Assembly: GCA_900317715.1 (NCBI GenBank)
Contig: ONHS01000015.1
Coordinates: 9,020-73,019 of the forward strand
Direction of reading: 5' to 3'
Length of the DNA stretch: 64,000 nt
Source: an uncultured Bacteroidales bacterium
GTDB lineage: Bacteria > Bacteroidota > Bacteroidia > Bacteroidales > WCHB1-69
A model generated the notes under the pieces. It saw only the letters and a program-made list of their open reading frames with translations. It was not told the origin of the DNA and searched no databases. This document shows, piece by piece, positions 37,423 through 46,604 of this stretch; the stretch's first letter is position 1, and each line of letters begins with the position of its first letter. The position numbers were made by a program, and so were the translations under genes.

Positions 37423-38598
37423 ATGAAACGCTTCATCGTATGGCTTTTTGTCGCAATCACATGCTGCTCGTTGCCGGTCATGGCGCAGAACGACAGTGTG
37501 CCGTTCCTCTACCGCAGTCATCTTTACCTCCGCTCCACGATTAACGACACAGTCAACCTGAACATCGTATTCGACACCGGTGGTTCAGATATTTTCGGCG
37601 TGGACAGCGTCTGGCTGAAACATTCCAACTGGATTCCCAAATACTTCGGCAAAGCGAGTATGGGGAGTGGGGATAGAAGAATAATAGTCCCTCTCGTAGT
37701 GGATTATACGAAGATGGTAATCGGAAACATAGAAGAATACTACAACCGTGTGCCAGTTTTCAAGTTGAGGGATGTCGTGGATTGCCATGTTGATGGTATT
37801 TGGGGTATAAAAAATATTGCCGAATATCCGCTTGAAATCAATTATGAGAAGGGATATCTGAAGAGGTACAAGACTGGGAAACCTAACACGGAAGGATACG
37901 AGCGAATGCCAATCAGATATGAGAACGACAGAATCATGCTTCAGGTTGAGACTGTTATTGGCGGCACAGTGATCAGGGGCTGGTACTTGATGGACACAGG
38001 AGCCGGCGGCTCGGTCGAATTCACATCGAAGACCACCAGTGAATACAGACTTGACACCATCAGTAGCAAAAGACATTTCATAGACTGGTCCAATTACGGA
38101 CTTGGCAACAAAAAGCAGGAAGGGATAGTGAAGATGATGTCGGATCGGATTGTGTTGGGGAATGATACCTTTATAGAGAAACCCGTCAAGTATATTCCTG
38201 AGGGGACAGGCGCTTTTGGCGACAAACCTTATCTTGGGATTATCGGCAACGATATTTTGTCAAATTACAATATGATTGTCGATGCTAAGAACAGTGTGCT
38301 CTACCTCCGCCGTTTCGCTTCCGATGAAGCACCGACCCCAACTTACGACTATTCATTCCGAAATCGTACAGACATTGGATCTGGATGGATTGTATCCATG
38401 CTTTACCGTGACGGAGAAGCCGCTAACGCAGGAATGGCTTTGGGCGACACTATAAAAGCCGTCAACGGGAGACCTGTCTCGGACTATTCCTGGGAAGAGG
38501 AGCACAACCTTTCTGACACACCCAGACAAGTTCTGGACATTGCCGGCACCGATGGGCAGGAAAAGCGGATTGTGTTGGAGGCGAAGCTATTGTGGTGA
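37423..38598 (+). CDS. Secreted retropepsin-like aspartyl protease with C-terminal PDZ domain
   Basis: 391 aa; signal peptide; VFDTGGS and LMDTGAGGS; PDZ-like GDTIKAVNGRPV. Confidence 0.6.
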   Translation: MKRFIVWLFVAITCCSLPVMAQNDSVPFLYRSHLYLRSTINDTVNLNIVFDTGGSDIFGVDSVWLKHSNWIPKYFGKASMGSGDRRIIVPLVVDYTKMVIGNIEEYYNRVPVFKLRDVVDCHVDGIWGIKNIAEYPLEINYEKGYLKRYKTGKPNTEGYERMPIRYENDRIMLQVETVIGGTVIRGWYLMDTGAGGSVEFTSKTTSEYRLDTISSKRHFIDWSNYGLGNKKQEGIVKMMSDRIVLGNDTFIEKPVKYIPEGTGAFGDKPYLGIIGNDILSNYNMIVDAKNSVLYLRRFASDEAPTPTYDYSFRNRTDIGSGWIVSMLYRDGEAANAGMALGDTIKAVNGRPVSDYSWEEEHNLSDTPRQVLDIAGTDGQEKRIVLEAKLLW

Positions 38599-38656
38599 CA
38601 TTGCGGCTATCGCCTTGTGGGTGCCCTTCGGGACTGCTTTATGCTTTATTACTAGG

Positions 38657-38723
38657 TGGTGTTCAAAGCAGAGCGCAAAGATACACAAATTCAGGTATCG
38701 GAATCAGACTGCAATATTTTACA
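38657..38723. repeat. 67-bp repeat copy R2 (orphan leftward promoter-like box at 38676-38683)
   Basis: Near-identical to R1 but no minus-strand gene follows; partial third copy tcaaactgcgatattt at 38747-38762. Confidence 0.8.
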
Positions 38724-38813
38724 TATTTTCAACAGGTCAAACTGCGATATTTGTACCAACTCCAAAAGTAAAAAAAAGTGTATCTTCGCGGCACAAAACA
38801 AGAAAGCATCATC

Positions 38814-39848
38814 ATGCGCAAAACCACCTTACTTTTGGCGTTTTTAGCCATTGTGGCGTGCGGCGGGGCACAGGATTTCCTTACGCCAGAATCATACGGA
38901 ATATATACTAGCTACAAGCACGGAGACGAGACCTTGTTCAAGCTAATGTTTCCGGAAGATAAAAGCGGAAATGTAGTTTGGAATGTGAATTATAAGACAT
39001 TCTTTCTTTGTGCGCCCTCCTTTTCAGCAGAATTCGCGCTGGAAATTGGTGAAGGCCAGTTAATATTGACCAGAGCAAACCAGAACATTTATATGGCTCT
39101 GAGCAGACATCTACAGGATCGACAACCCAACCCGTTGAAAGTTGTTTCCGTGGATGTCAAGAAAATGTCTGTTTCTGAAGATATTTGCGAAAGATTATCC
39201 ACTCTTTTCAAGTTCGCCACCATGACGGCCACGCACTTCGAAGAGAAACGTCTCGGGTTCGACGGCACCTCCTACTATTTCAACCACAGATCAAAATTGG
39301 CGTCCGTATGGCAACCGGAAGATGGGCGCACCGCTCGACTAGTTCTCATGGCCATCCGTCTCTGCGACGCTGTAAAACTTCAGGACACGGCCATACTAAA
39401 CAAACAGATGGAGGTGTGCAAGGCTTTGACACAAGAATACGTAAGAGAACTTCCAGACCTGTATTTCAAACCGATTTACGGAATTTACCGACAGGGTGAC
39501 ACTCCTTATTGGACGTGTCAGACATACTGTGAAGAATGCATTAAACTCAAGTTTCTAATCGGCACGACAGACAAAGACACTTGTGCGATGATAGCCGCCA
39601 ACTACGTGGACAGCCTCTCGGTTTGGTCGCGGGAACTTTCCATGATGTATGACCGACCAGAATTTCCGACGGTAATCATAGACAACGACCGAGACACCGC
39701 TATCTGCGAAGCTAGTACATACAATAACCGCGTAATCCGAACCATCACCATCACAGAAACCTACTGGCGCCGAGAGGTAATCCTTCCCGCCGCGATACTC
39801 CCGCCAGGACAATACTATTTTGCGGAAGGAGAGTGGCGGAAACAGTAA
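38814..39848 (+). CDS. Lipoprotein of unknown function, family X copy A
   Basis: MRKTTLLLAFLAIVAC lipobox; shares AQ[DE]FLTPxSYG start and LPPGxYYFAEGEW end with 50946-52019. Confidence 0.6.
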   Translation: MRKTTLLLAFLAIVACGGAQDFLTPESYGIYTSYKHGDETLFKLMFPEDKSGNVVWNVNYKTFFLCAPSFSAEFALEIGEGQLILTRANQNIYMALSRHLQDRQPNPLKVVSVDVKKMSVSEDICERLSTLFKFATMTATHFEEKRLGFDGTSYYFNHRSKLASVWQPEDGRTARLVLMAIRLCDAVKLQDTAILNKQMEVCKALTQEYVRELPDLYFKPIYGIYRQGDTPYWTCQTYCEECIKLKFLIGTTDKDTCAMIAANYVDSLSVWSRELSMMYDRPEFPTVIIDNDRDTAICEASTYNNRVIRTITITETYWRREVILPAAILPPGQYYFAEGEWRKQ

Positions 39849-39857
39849 CCCAAAGCC

Positions 39858-39922
39858 ATGCCTACAACCAGCCATACCATACGCATTGACCTTCACGGCA
39901 TGTACGTGGAGGATGCGATGGA
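39858..39922 (+). pseudogene. Smr-gene 5' stub
   Basis: 65 nt with 3 mismatches to 45755-45819 (MPTTSHTIRIDLHGMYVEDAM), then homology ends and a stop follows. Confidence 0.8.
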
Positions 39923-39966
39923 TTTTCTATTTTTGCATTGTCATTATGCCTAAAATTTTTTTTGTT

Positions 39967-40560
39967 ATGATAAAGAGACTGAATTACACCCTACTACTCG
40001 TCGCAGTGCTCGCCTTTACCATACAGGTGAATGCACAAACGACAACATCCGAAAACACATACAAAGGCTTCAACATTACCGCGAACGCCACAGGAGGTGT
40101 GTGCAGCTATCTGTTTTGGTCAGACACCTACATACAAGCGGGCGGCGGAGTGGGCTTCCGATACGACTTCAGTCGATTTTGGGGAATCTACACCAGTTTG
40201 GATTATGAAAGTGTTTTCAAACCGGCGAACAACGAGCATTACCGTTTCCTGAGGATTCCGATTGAAATGGAATTCCACACCCGGCACTTTTACGCCCGCG
40301 GCGGCCTTTCCTTCGGCATCGGGTTAACCGCTTGGACGGCAGCAAATGCCAAAGAGTGCTTCAACATAGGCGAGACAGTGCTCGAACTCGGAGGTCGTAT
40401 CCCGTTGACCACCCATGACATCCTCACAATTGGGGTCAACACAAACGTATCGGTGGGTTTCGACAAGGTCTATTTCGATGGTATTGCCTCTCCTGGGCTA
40501 AGCCCCTCGCCCCCTCGCTTCGGTGCCTGCATAAGACTCGGCTACGAACACCGTTTCTGA
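39967..40560 (+). CDS. Small outer-membrane beta-barrel protein
   Basis: Signal peptide MIKRLNYTLLLVAVLAFTIQVNAQ, alternating beta pattern, C-terminal ...LGYEHRF. Confidence 0.55.
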   Translation: MIKRLNYTLLLVAVLAFTIQVNAQTTTSENTYKGFNITANATGGVCSYLFWSDTYIQAGGGVGFRYDFSRFWGIYTSLDYESVFKPANNEHYRFLRIPIEMEFHTRHFYARGGLSFGIGLTAWTAANAKECFNIGETVLELGGRIPLTTHDILTIGVNTNVSVGFDKVYFDGIASPGLSPSPPRFGACIRLGYEHRF

Positions 40561-40572
40561 CATTACAACCAT

Positions 40573-40607
40573 CATTCATAATTCATAATTCTTAATTCTT
40601 AATTCCC
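40573..40607. repeat. Heptamer array 11 (AATTCAT/AATTCTT)
   Basis: cattcat aattcat aattctt aattctt aattccc; supplies ...EEGIKN* and stop of the minus-strand gene. Confidence 0.8.
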
Positions 40608-41377
40608 TCTTCGATTCCCTCATTGTCAATCTTCATCATCTTGATGAGGATGTCATATTTCTCGATCGCCTTGTCGTGGTAGAAGATGCCGAAGATGGCC
40701 ACCAAGAGGGAGCCTATAAGGTCGAGGACGAGGTCGGTCATCGTATCGCGCAACGCGGCATGACCGCACAAGGGGATGTCCTCGGTGGTGATAAGGGAAC
40801 CGGTGGTGGAAGCCATGAACTGCTGGGTGTTCGTGCCGCTGATGCTGTCGTAGGTGTATTCGATAATCTCCCAACAAGCACCCATGCCCAAGGAAAACAT
40901 TACTAAAAAGAGGGCCAAAAAGTACTTGTTGAAGTAGATGGCCTTGTCGTTTCCCGCCATGATGACGTGGATCAGCCACAAAGCAATCATGGAGAGGAGA
41001 ACGCCTGAGAAACCGTGCAATACGGAGTCCCACCAGGAGAATTTGCCGTAGAAATCGAGACCGTCGCCGAGCACCAATGCACAGAAGCAGAAAAGGACGA
41101 TGACGATGGAGAGCAGGGCGGGAACTTCCACCTTGAAACGCATCCGCAGGAAGCTTGGAAGCTTGAGTACCAGCAACATGGCCAGATACTGGCCGCCACG
41201 GAATGCAATTTCCGCCCAGGTGCTGTTACCGCGAAAAATCAACATCCCCACATTGAACACGGCCAATGCGAGCGTCACCCAGAACGCCACATTGTTCAAC
41301 GTGTGCAACCGCTTGATCCGTTGTCTGTACTTAGGTTCAATTTCCTCCCAACTTGCCGTTTTGGTCTCTTTTTCCAT
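40592..41377 (-). CDS. Integral membrane protein, function unknown
   Basis: 261 aa, ~6 TM helices, FSWWDSVLHGFSG motif; family not recognised with confidence. Confidence 0.5.
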   Translation of the reverse strand: MEKETKTASWEEIEPKYRQRIKRLHTLNNVAFWVTLALAVFNVGMLIFRGNSTWAEIAFRGGQYLAMLLVLKLPSFLRMRFKVEVPALLSIVIVLFCFCALVLGDGLDFYGKFSWWDSVLHGFSGVLLSMIALWLIHVIMAGNDKAIYFNKYFLALFLVMFSLGMGACWEIIEYTYDSISGTNTQQFMASTTGSLITTEDIPLCGHAALRDTMTDLVLDLIGSLLVAIFGIFYHDKAIEKYDILIKMMKIDNEGIEEGIKN

Positions 41378-41477
41378 AATTTACACTTTTCGAAAACAAA
41401 GCGCAAAAATAAGAAAAAATATGACAGGGCTCGTGCAGATACGCGAGATGTGTGGAGATTATTACACCATCCTCGTC

Positions 41478-44279
41478 CTACCTCAACGTTGAGGTCAAAC
41501 GCCAACGCCCACTGCCGTATGTCTTTACATCATAGCCGTTTGCGGTGGGCAGCCAAACCTCAGCGGTGGTGTTCGCGGGAATGACAATCTCCCACTCGAA
41601 TTGGTCGCCGTCGCGTTTCCACGAGCTTTGGATGTCGCCGGAAACGGATTTGTACGTACAGTTTACGTAATCCAAACCCTCAATGGGATAAGGTTTCAGC
41701 TGAATTCTACGGTAACCCGGTTCCAAGGCACGGATGCCAGCGAGGTACTCGTACTCCCACAGGATCAGGTCGCCGAGGAGCATCACGTGGTTGCCGGAAT
41801 TCATCGACGGGTCGGCGGTGTTGCCGTTCCACAGCTCCCAGATGGTGGTCGCGCCGTTGCGCACCATGTATCCCCAACTCGGGTAGGTGTCGTTAGTGGC
41901 GAGTTTCAGCGCGAGGTCGCCACGACCGTAATCCGTGAGCGTGCGCATCAGCTGCTGGATGCCCACCACGCCACAGGAGACGTGCCCGCCGAAATCGTTT
42001 TCTGTCTTGTTGACAATATTATCAAAAACATACTTTTCCCACGTCGTCGGTACCATGCCGAAAGCCAAGGGCAGAATGTTGGCCGTGACGCTGCCGTTCT
42101 CATAGTTGGCGGTTCCAGCGTCAAAATTCAGGCCGTTGTAGGCGTTGGCGGAGAAATTCGCGTCAAAACGGAACTGTTCCGCATCCTCCGGCAAGTCTAA
42201 AAGATCTGCAAACCGGGCCATGATTTGACACAGATAGCAGTAAAACGGGGTTGAGATAGCCGCCCCGTAAGTGTTTCTCAGGATATCTTTCGAGTGAATC
42301 AGCTCTGGCGACTCCGGCGGCACGCACCAGTCCCCGTAACAGTCGCGGGTGATGATGCCGTCTTCGCCGTAAGTGTTGGCCATGTGTTCTATCCAGCGTT
42401 TCATCGCGGGATAGTGTTTTCGAATACCCTCAATATCCCCATAACGGGTGTAGAGCATGTCAGCCACGGTGATGAACGCGCCCGGCCAGGTCATGTTGTC
42501 GGTGTAACGCCGCCAGTACGCCGGACAAACATCCGACAGCGAGCCATTTTCCCATTGGCTGTCTTCAATGTCGGCCAGCCATTTGCTGTAGAGCAGGTGG
42601 TTGTCGAAAATGTACGACTCCCCGTAGCAACCCGTGGTGTGATCGCCGGTCCAGCCCATCCGTTCATCGCGCTGCGGACAGTCGGTGGGCATCGAGCGGT
42701 AATTGCCCCGGATACCCCAATAAGCATTATGATACACCTTGTTGATTATCTCGTCAGAGCACTCGAAATGCCCTGTCGTCCCCATTCTGTCATACAGCAC
42801 CAGCCCGAACGTGTAATTCAAGTCGGGTGCCTCTCGCAATCCGGAAATCTCCACATAGCGGAAGCCGTGATAGACAAATTCTGGCTTCCACGCCACATTA
42901 TGAATTGTGAATTCTGAATTATGAATTACATACCTGTCCGTGGCTTCGGCCGCACGAAGATTATCCACAAAAAGCAAGCCATCCGGATTGAGGGTCTCGG
43001 CAAAACGCAATGTGATGGTATCGCCTGATTGCATTCCATTCGCCTGTATGGCAAAAGCACCTACCATATTCTGTCCCATATCGACCATCCACTTGTCACC
43101 TCTTTGATATATTCTTTCAGGCATCACCCATTCTTGACATGCAATATTGGGGTTGGGTTGCGGCACCAACTGGCCTCCTGGAGCATCCACAAGCACAGCT
43201 TTTTCCCACGAAGAGTCATCATAGTTTGGTTCCAGCCATTTCCCAAGGGCGTAATTCTCATCGTATGTCTCGCCATCAAACTCATTGGAGGTGCGGATGG
43301 GACCTCGGTTGGTGATATGCCAGCTTTCGTCGCTGATGATGCGTTCTTGGGTGCCGTCCTTATAGGTGATTTCGAGTTGCAGAATCATGCGCGGTGCCCC
43401 GAAGTGCATGATGTGCGTGAGGCCGCCCCATTCTTCCTCTTCTTTGTTGTAGCGCATGGTCATGTAACGCCCGCCCGCAAGGGTGATACCGATGGCGTTT
43501 CCCTTGCCTGCACGCAAGAGATCCGTCACATCGTAGGCGTTGAAATAGACCCGTTTGCGATAATCGGAGAGCGCAGGCTTGAACCAATCTTTTTCCCCGA
43601 TCGTCCGTCCGTTGAGACCAATACTATATTGTCCCAAACCGCAGACATAGAGCCGTGCCTCTCGCACCTTCTTTTTCAGCGTGAACTCTTTGCGGAGGTA
43701 GCGCGCCGCAAGACGGGTTTTCTGAATCAGGGTGTCGTCATCATAGTCGTAGCCAATCCATTTCGCACTCCAATCATCCTGATTCAACAAGCTGATTTCA
43801 AATGAGTTGACATCACTCTCGTTGAAAGCGATCCGTGTTACGGGCTCCATTGTCGTTTGTACATATTCCCCGTCTCGATAGTGTTTCACCATGCCCGTAT
43901 CCTTGTACGTTATTGAGGTAATCACCTTCCAATAAGCCTTGTCGCGGCTGTGCAGGGGTTGACCACCGTATGGGATGTAGAGCATCTGGTCAGATGGGAT
44001 GGTGCCGGAATCCCAGAGATCGCCCTTTTTATTGCGGGCATTTTCTTCAGTGGAAGCCACTATAATGCGATAGGAGGTCTGCCGCTCGTCAAAAGTATTC
44101 CCATATCGGTACAAGGTTGTATCGGTTACATAGTTCCAGCTGAACCTCGGCTGGTCGGTGGCCAGCGGTTGCGAACCGTCTTGCATTTCAACCGTAGGGT
44201 TGGCGATTCTCACCTGCGCAACGGCGTTCCCGAAGGCTAACAACGCCAAAAAAAGGAGTATCAGAGGGTTACTTTTCAT
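41478..44279 (-). CDS. Alpha-L-rhamnosidase (GH78)
   Basis: 933 aa; signal peptide; GH78 N-domain, HGFRYVEI, (alpha/alpha)6 catalytic region; -7 box at 44310-44317. Confidence 0.8.
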   Translation of the reverse strand: MKSNPLILLFLALLAFGNAVAQVRIANPTVEMQDGSQPLATDQPRFSWNYVTDTTLYRYGNTFDERQTSYRIIVASTEENARNKKGDLWDSGTIPSDQMLYIPYGGQPLHSRDKAYWKVITSITYKDTGMVKHYRDGEYVQTTMEPVTRIAFNESDVNSFEISLLNQDDWSAKWIGYDYDDDTLIQKTRLAARYLRKEFTLKKKVREARLYVCGLGQYSIGLNGRTIGEKDWFKPALSDYRKRVYFNAYDVTDLLRAGKGNAIGITLAGGRYMTMRYNKEEEEWGGLTHIMHFGAPRMILQLEITYKDGTQERIISDESWHITNRGPIRTSNEFDGETYDENYALGKWLEPNYDDSSWEKAVLVDAPGGQLVPQPNPNIACQEWVMPERIYQRGDKWMVDMGQNMVGAFAIQANGMQSGDTITLRFAETLNPDGLLFVDNLRAAEATDRYVIHNSEFTIHNVAWKPEFVYHGFRYVEISGLREAPDLNYTFGLVLYDRMGTTGHFECSDEIINKVYHNAYWGIRGNYRSMPTDCPQRDERMGWTGDHTTGCYGESYIFDNHLLYSKWLADIEDSQWENGSLSDVCPAYWRRYTDNMTWPGAFITVADMLYTRYGDIEGIRKHYPAMKRWIEHMANTYGEDGIITRDCYGDWCVPPESPELIHSKDILRNTYGAAISTPFYCYLCQIMARFADLLDLPEDAEQFRFDANFSANAYNGLNFDAGTANYENGSVTANILPLAFGMVPTTWEKYVFDNIVNKTENDFGGHVSCGVVGIQQLMRTLTDYGRGDLALKLATNDTYPSWGYMVRNGATTIWELWNGNTADPSMNSGNHVMLLGDLILWEYEYLAGIRALEPGYRRIQLKPYPIEGLDYVNCTYKSVSGDIQSSWKRDGDQFEWEIVIPANTTAEVWLPTANGYDVKTYGSGRWRLTSTLR
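42897..42929 (-). repeat. Heptamer array 12 embedded in-frame in GH78 ORF
   Basis: Coding strand aattcat aattcag aattcac aattcat aat = 1 mismatch to intergenic array 8; encodes VIHNSEFTIHN. Confidence 0.75.
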
Positions 44280-44405
44280 TGCAAAAGGACATTAGTACGA
44301 AAGTCATGGCAAAGATACACCTTTTTCTGATTACCGAAAAAAAAAATCCGTAATGTTGTATAAAAAGAGTATTTTCGCGGCGTAAAACAAGAGAGCACCT
44401 TCATC

Positions 44406-45743
44406 ATGCGCAAAACCACTTTGATTCTCGCTTTTTTGGCCGTTGTGGCGTGCATCAGGGCGCAAACAGGTTGGCCATTTCATTGCGACACCACCGGCAT
44501 CTCCATATTCAATGCCATAGTGGACGGGAAGCCTATGCCAGCCACTTTGGTCTATTGTTCGGAAGACAAACACAATCTCACCTACGAACTCCGCCAACCT
44601 TTCATGGAGAACGACACCCAATTCATCCGGAGAAGTTATCAGTTTTACAAATGCGACACCTGCAGCACGTATGACACCTGTATCTCCAGCTTCTATTGGT
44701 GTACACATTGTTTAGAACAATTTTTAGGCAAATACTCAAACGAACCCGATTTCAGCGGGACAGAATGGTACACCTTGGGAGCCGAATATCGTTCTTATAG
44801 AGAAAATTTTCCTGACCTGACCCTAACACAGAACAACCTCGGAAAGATGCCCAGAAACTGGTTTTGGGTAAAAAGGTTTCAAGGCAAATATACGGTGACC
44901 AGCGATTACCCTTACCACAAATTTTTCACAGATTCATTGATAGTGCATTACGGTATGGAAGCGTGGTTCAATCCGCTTCGTAAAGTAAAGGAATTGAGCG
45001 CAGGGACGTATTATTACGAAGATGATTATTACGATCATGAGATATCGGGAATGGTAAAATCGCAGAACTGGTTGCTTCCTTCGATTTTGGCAAAAGGTCT
45101 TTATGTGGAAACAACGCTTCTGGCGGACGGCACACTGACGCAAGAATTGGTAACACCCGAAGAGAATTTGCAGTATTTCGATTGTATCAATTCGAAATTA
45201 TGTGATTTATGGTATTTGGATTATGACACTGTTGATTATGATGCGCACACCGATCCTGCTCTGATGGCGGAGATTCGCAACTTGCAAAATTCCTTAAAAG
45301 AACGGGAGCACAAAGGAATGAAAAAGGCCGAAATCGAAGAGAATTCTGCGGAACCGATTTTCGTGGAAAATATTGAACTGTTCCCGGACGATGGAAGCTC
45401 CCCGGCGAAAAGCTTCTCCGACACCGTGTCAGGGGAGCCGCCGGTGATGTTTGCAGAAGAGATGCCCGAGTTTCCGGGCGGCCCGGATTCACTGAAAGCC
45501 TTCTTAAGACAAAATCTGAAGTGGCCAATAGAATATGGCTGCTGGAACGGCACCGTGTTGGTGGAATTCATCGTCGAGGTTGACGGCTCCATCACCCACC
45601 CTCGGGTGGAAGTGTCGCTCTACAAGGATTTCGACGAGGAAGCCCTGCGGGTCATCAAGTTGATGCCCAAATGGAAACCAGCCCGCGCCCAAGGAAAACC
45701 CGTCCGCTGCTACTACAAAGTCCCTGTGACATTCAGCATGTAA
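44406..45743 (+). CDS. Lipoprotein with C-terminal TonB_C domain
   Basis: MRKTTLILAFLAVVAC signal (shared with 38814 gene); C-terminal EMPEFPGGPDSLKAFLRQNLKWP...KPVRCYYKVPVTF. Confidence 0.65.
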   Translation: MRKTTLILAFLAVVACIRAQTGWPFHCDTTGISIFNAIVDGKPMPATLVYCSEDKHNLTYELRQPFMENDTQFIRRSYQFYKCDTCSTYDTCISSFYWCTHCLEQFLGKYSNEPDFSGTEWYTLGAEYRSYRENFPDLTLTQNNLGKMPRNWFWVKRFQGKYTVTSDYPYHKFFTDSLIVHYGMEAWFNPLRKVKELSAGTYYYEDDYYDHEISGMVKSQNWLLPSILAKGLYVETTLLADGTLTQELVTPEENLQYFDCINSKLCDLWYLDYDTVDYDAHTDPALMAEIRNLQNSLKEREHKGMKKAEIEENSAEPIFVENIELFPDDGSSPAKSFSDTVSGEPPVMFAEEMPEFPGGPDSLKAFLRQNLKWPIEYGCWNGTVLVEFIVEVDGSITHPRVEVSLYKDFDEEALRVIKLMPKWKPARAQGKPVRCYYKVPVTFSM

Positions 45744-45754
45744 AGACCCATCTT

Positions 45755-46000
45755 ATGCCCACAACCAGCCATACTATACGCATTGACCTTCACGGCATGT
45801 ACGTGGAGGACGCGATGGAACTCCTTCGCGAGCGGGTGGCACACGCCCCACGCGGAACGGAGAAGATCGTCGTGATTCACGGTTACAACCGGGGGGCCGC
45901 CCTGAAAGAGGCCGTCCGCAGGTTCCGCGCCCCACGGGTTGTGGAAGTCGCCCCGTCATTCCTGAACGAGGGCGAAACCGTGATATGGCTGAGAAGTTGA
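45755..46000 (+). CDS. Stand-alone Smr-domain protein
   Basis: 81 aa; IDLHG and VVIHGYNRG motifs; ATG 11 nt after upstream stop. Confidence 0.7.
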   Translation: MPTTSHTIRIDLHGMYVEDAMELLRERVAHAPRGTEKIVVIHGYNRGAALKEAVRRFRAPRVVEVAPSFLNEGETVIWLRS

Positions 46001-46084
46001 CGACTAAAAGCACATGCAAAAAAAACGTGAATGGTTACAGCGGTTGAAAAAATAACTATTTTTGCTTCCTGAAAGAAATTGATT

Positions 46085-46585
46085 ATGCCCAAAGTGAAAA
46101 CCAACAAGACCAACGCCTGCCGCATTCTCGACCAGAAGAGTGTCGCTTATGAGCTGATTCCCTACGAGGTGGACGAAAACGACCTCGGGGCGCAACATAT
46201 TGCTAACCAGCTGAACGAAGATATCAACCAGGTTTTCAAGACATTAGTGCTAAAAGGCGACAAGACAGGCCATTTCGTGTGCGTGATTCCCGGCAACGAC
46301 GAAGTCGATCTGAAGAAGACCGCCAAAGTGACGGGCAACAAGAACTGCGACCTCATCCCGATGAAGGAGCTGCTGCCCCTGACCGGCTACATCCGTGGCG
46401 GCTGCTCGCCCGTGGGCATGAAGAAGCCCTTCCCGACCTACATCCATGAAACATGCGAGCTGTTCGACTACATCTACGTCAGCGCGGGCGTGCGCGGACT
46501 GCAGTTCAAAATCGCCCCGCAGGACCTCATCGCCGCCGTCCCCATGACCATCGCCGACCTGACGGTCAGCATTTTGGGGCAGTAA
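46085..46585 (+). CDS. ybaK: Cys-tRNA(Pro)/Cys-tRNA(Cys) deacylase YbaK
   Basis: ~166 aa; TNACRILD..., FKTLVLKGD, GYIRGGCSPVGMKK motifs. Confidence 0.85.
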   Translation: MPKVKTNKTNACRILDQKSVAYELIPYEVDENDLGAQHIANQLNEDINQVFKTLVLKGDKTGHFVCVIPGNDEVDLKKTAKVTGNKNCDLIPMKELLPLTGYIRGGCSPVGMKKPFPTYIHETCELFDYIYVSAGVRGLQFKIAPQDLIAAVPMTIADLTVSILGQ

Positions 46586-46604
46586 ACTCCGCACACCTTA
46601 TAAA

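Noticed and set aside
45671-45754. Longer 109-aa version of the Smr ORF overlapping the TonB_C gene
   Set aside because: The upstream part overlaps the 3' end of 44406-45743 in another frame. ATG 45755 matches the duplicated stubs, which start at the same codon.
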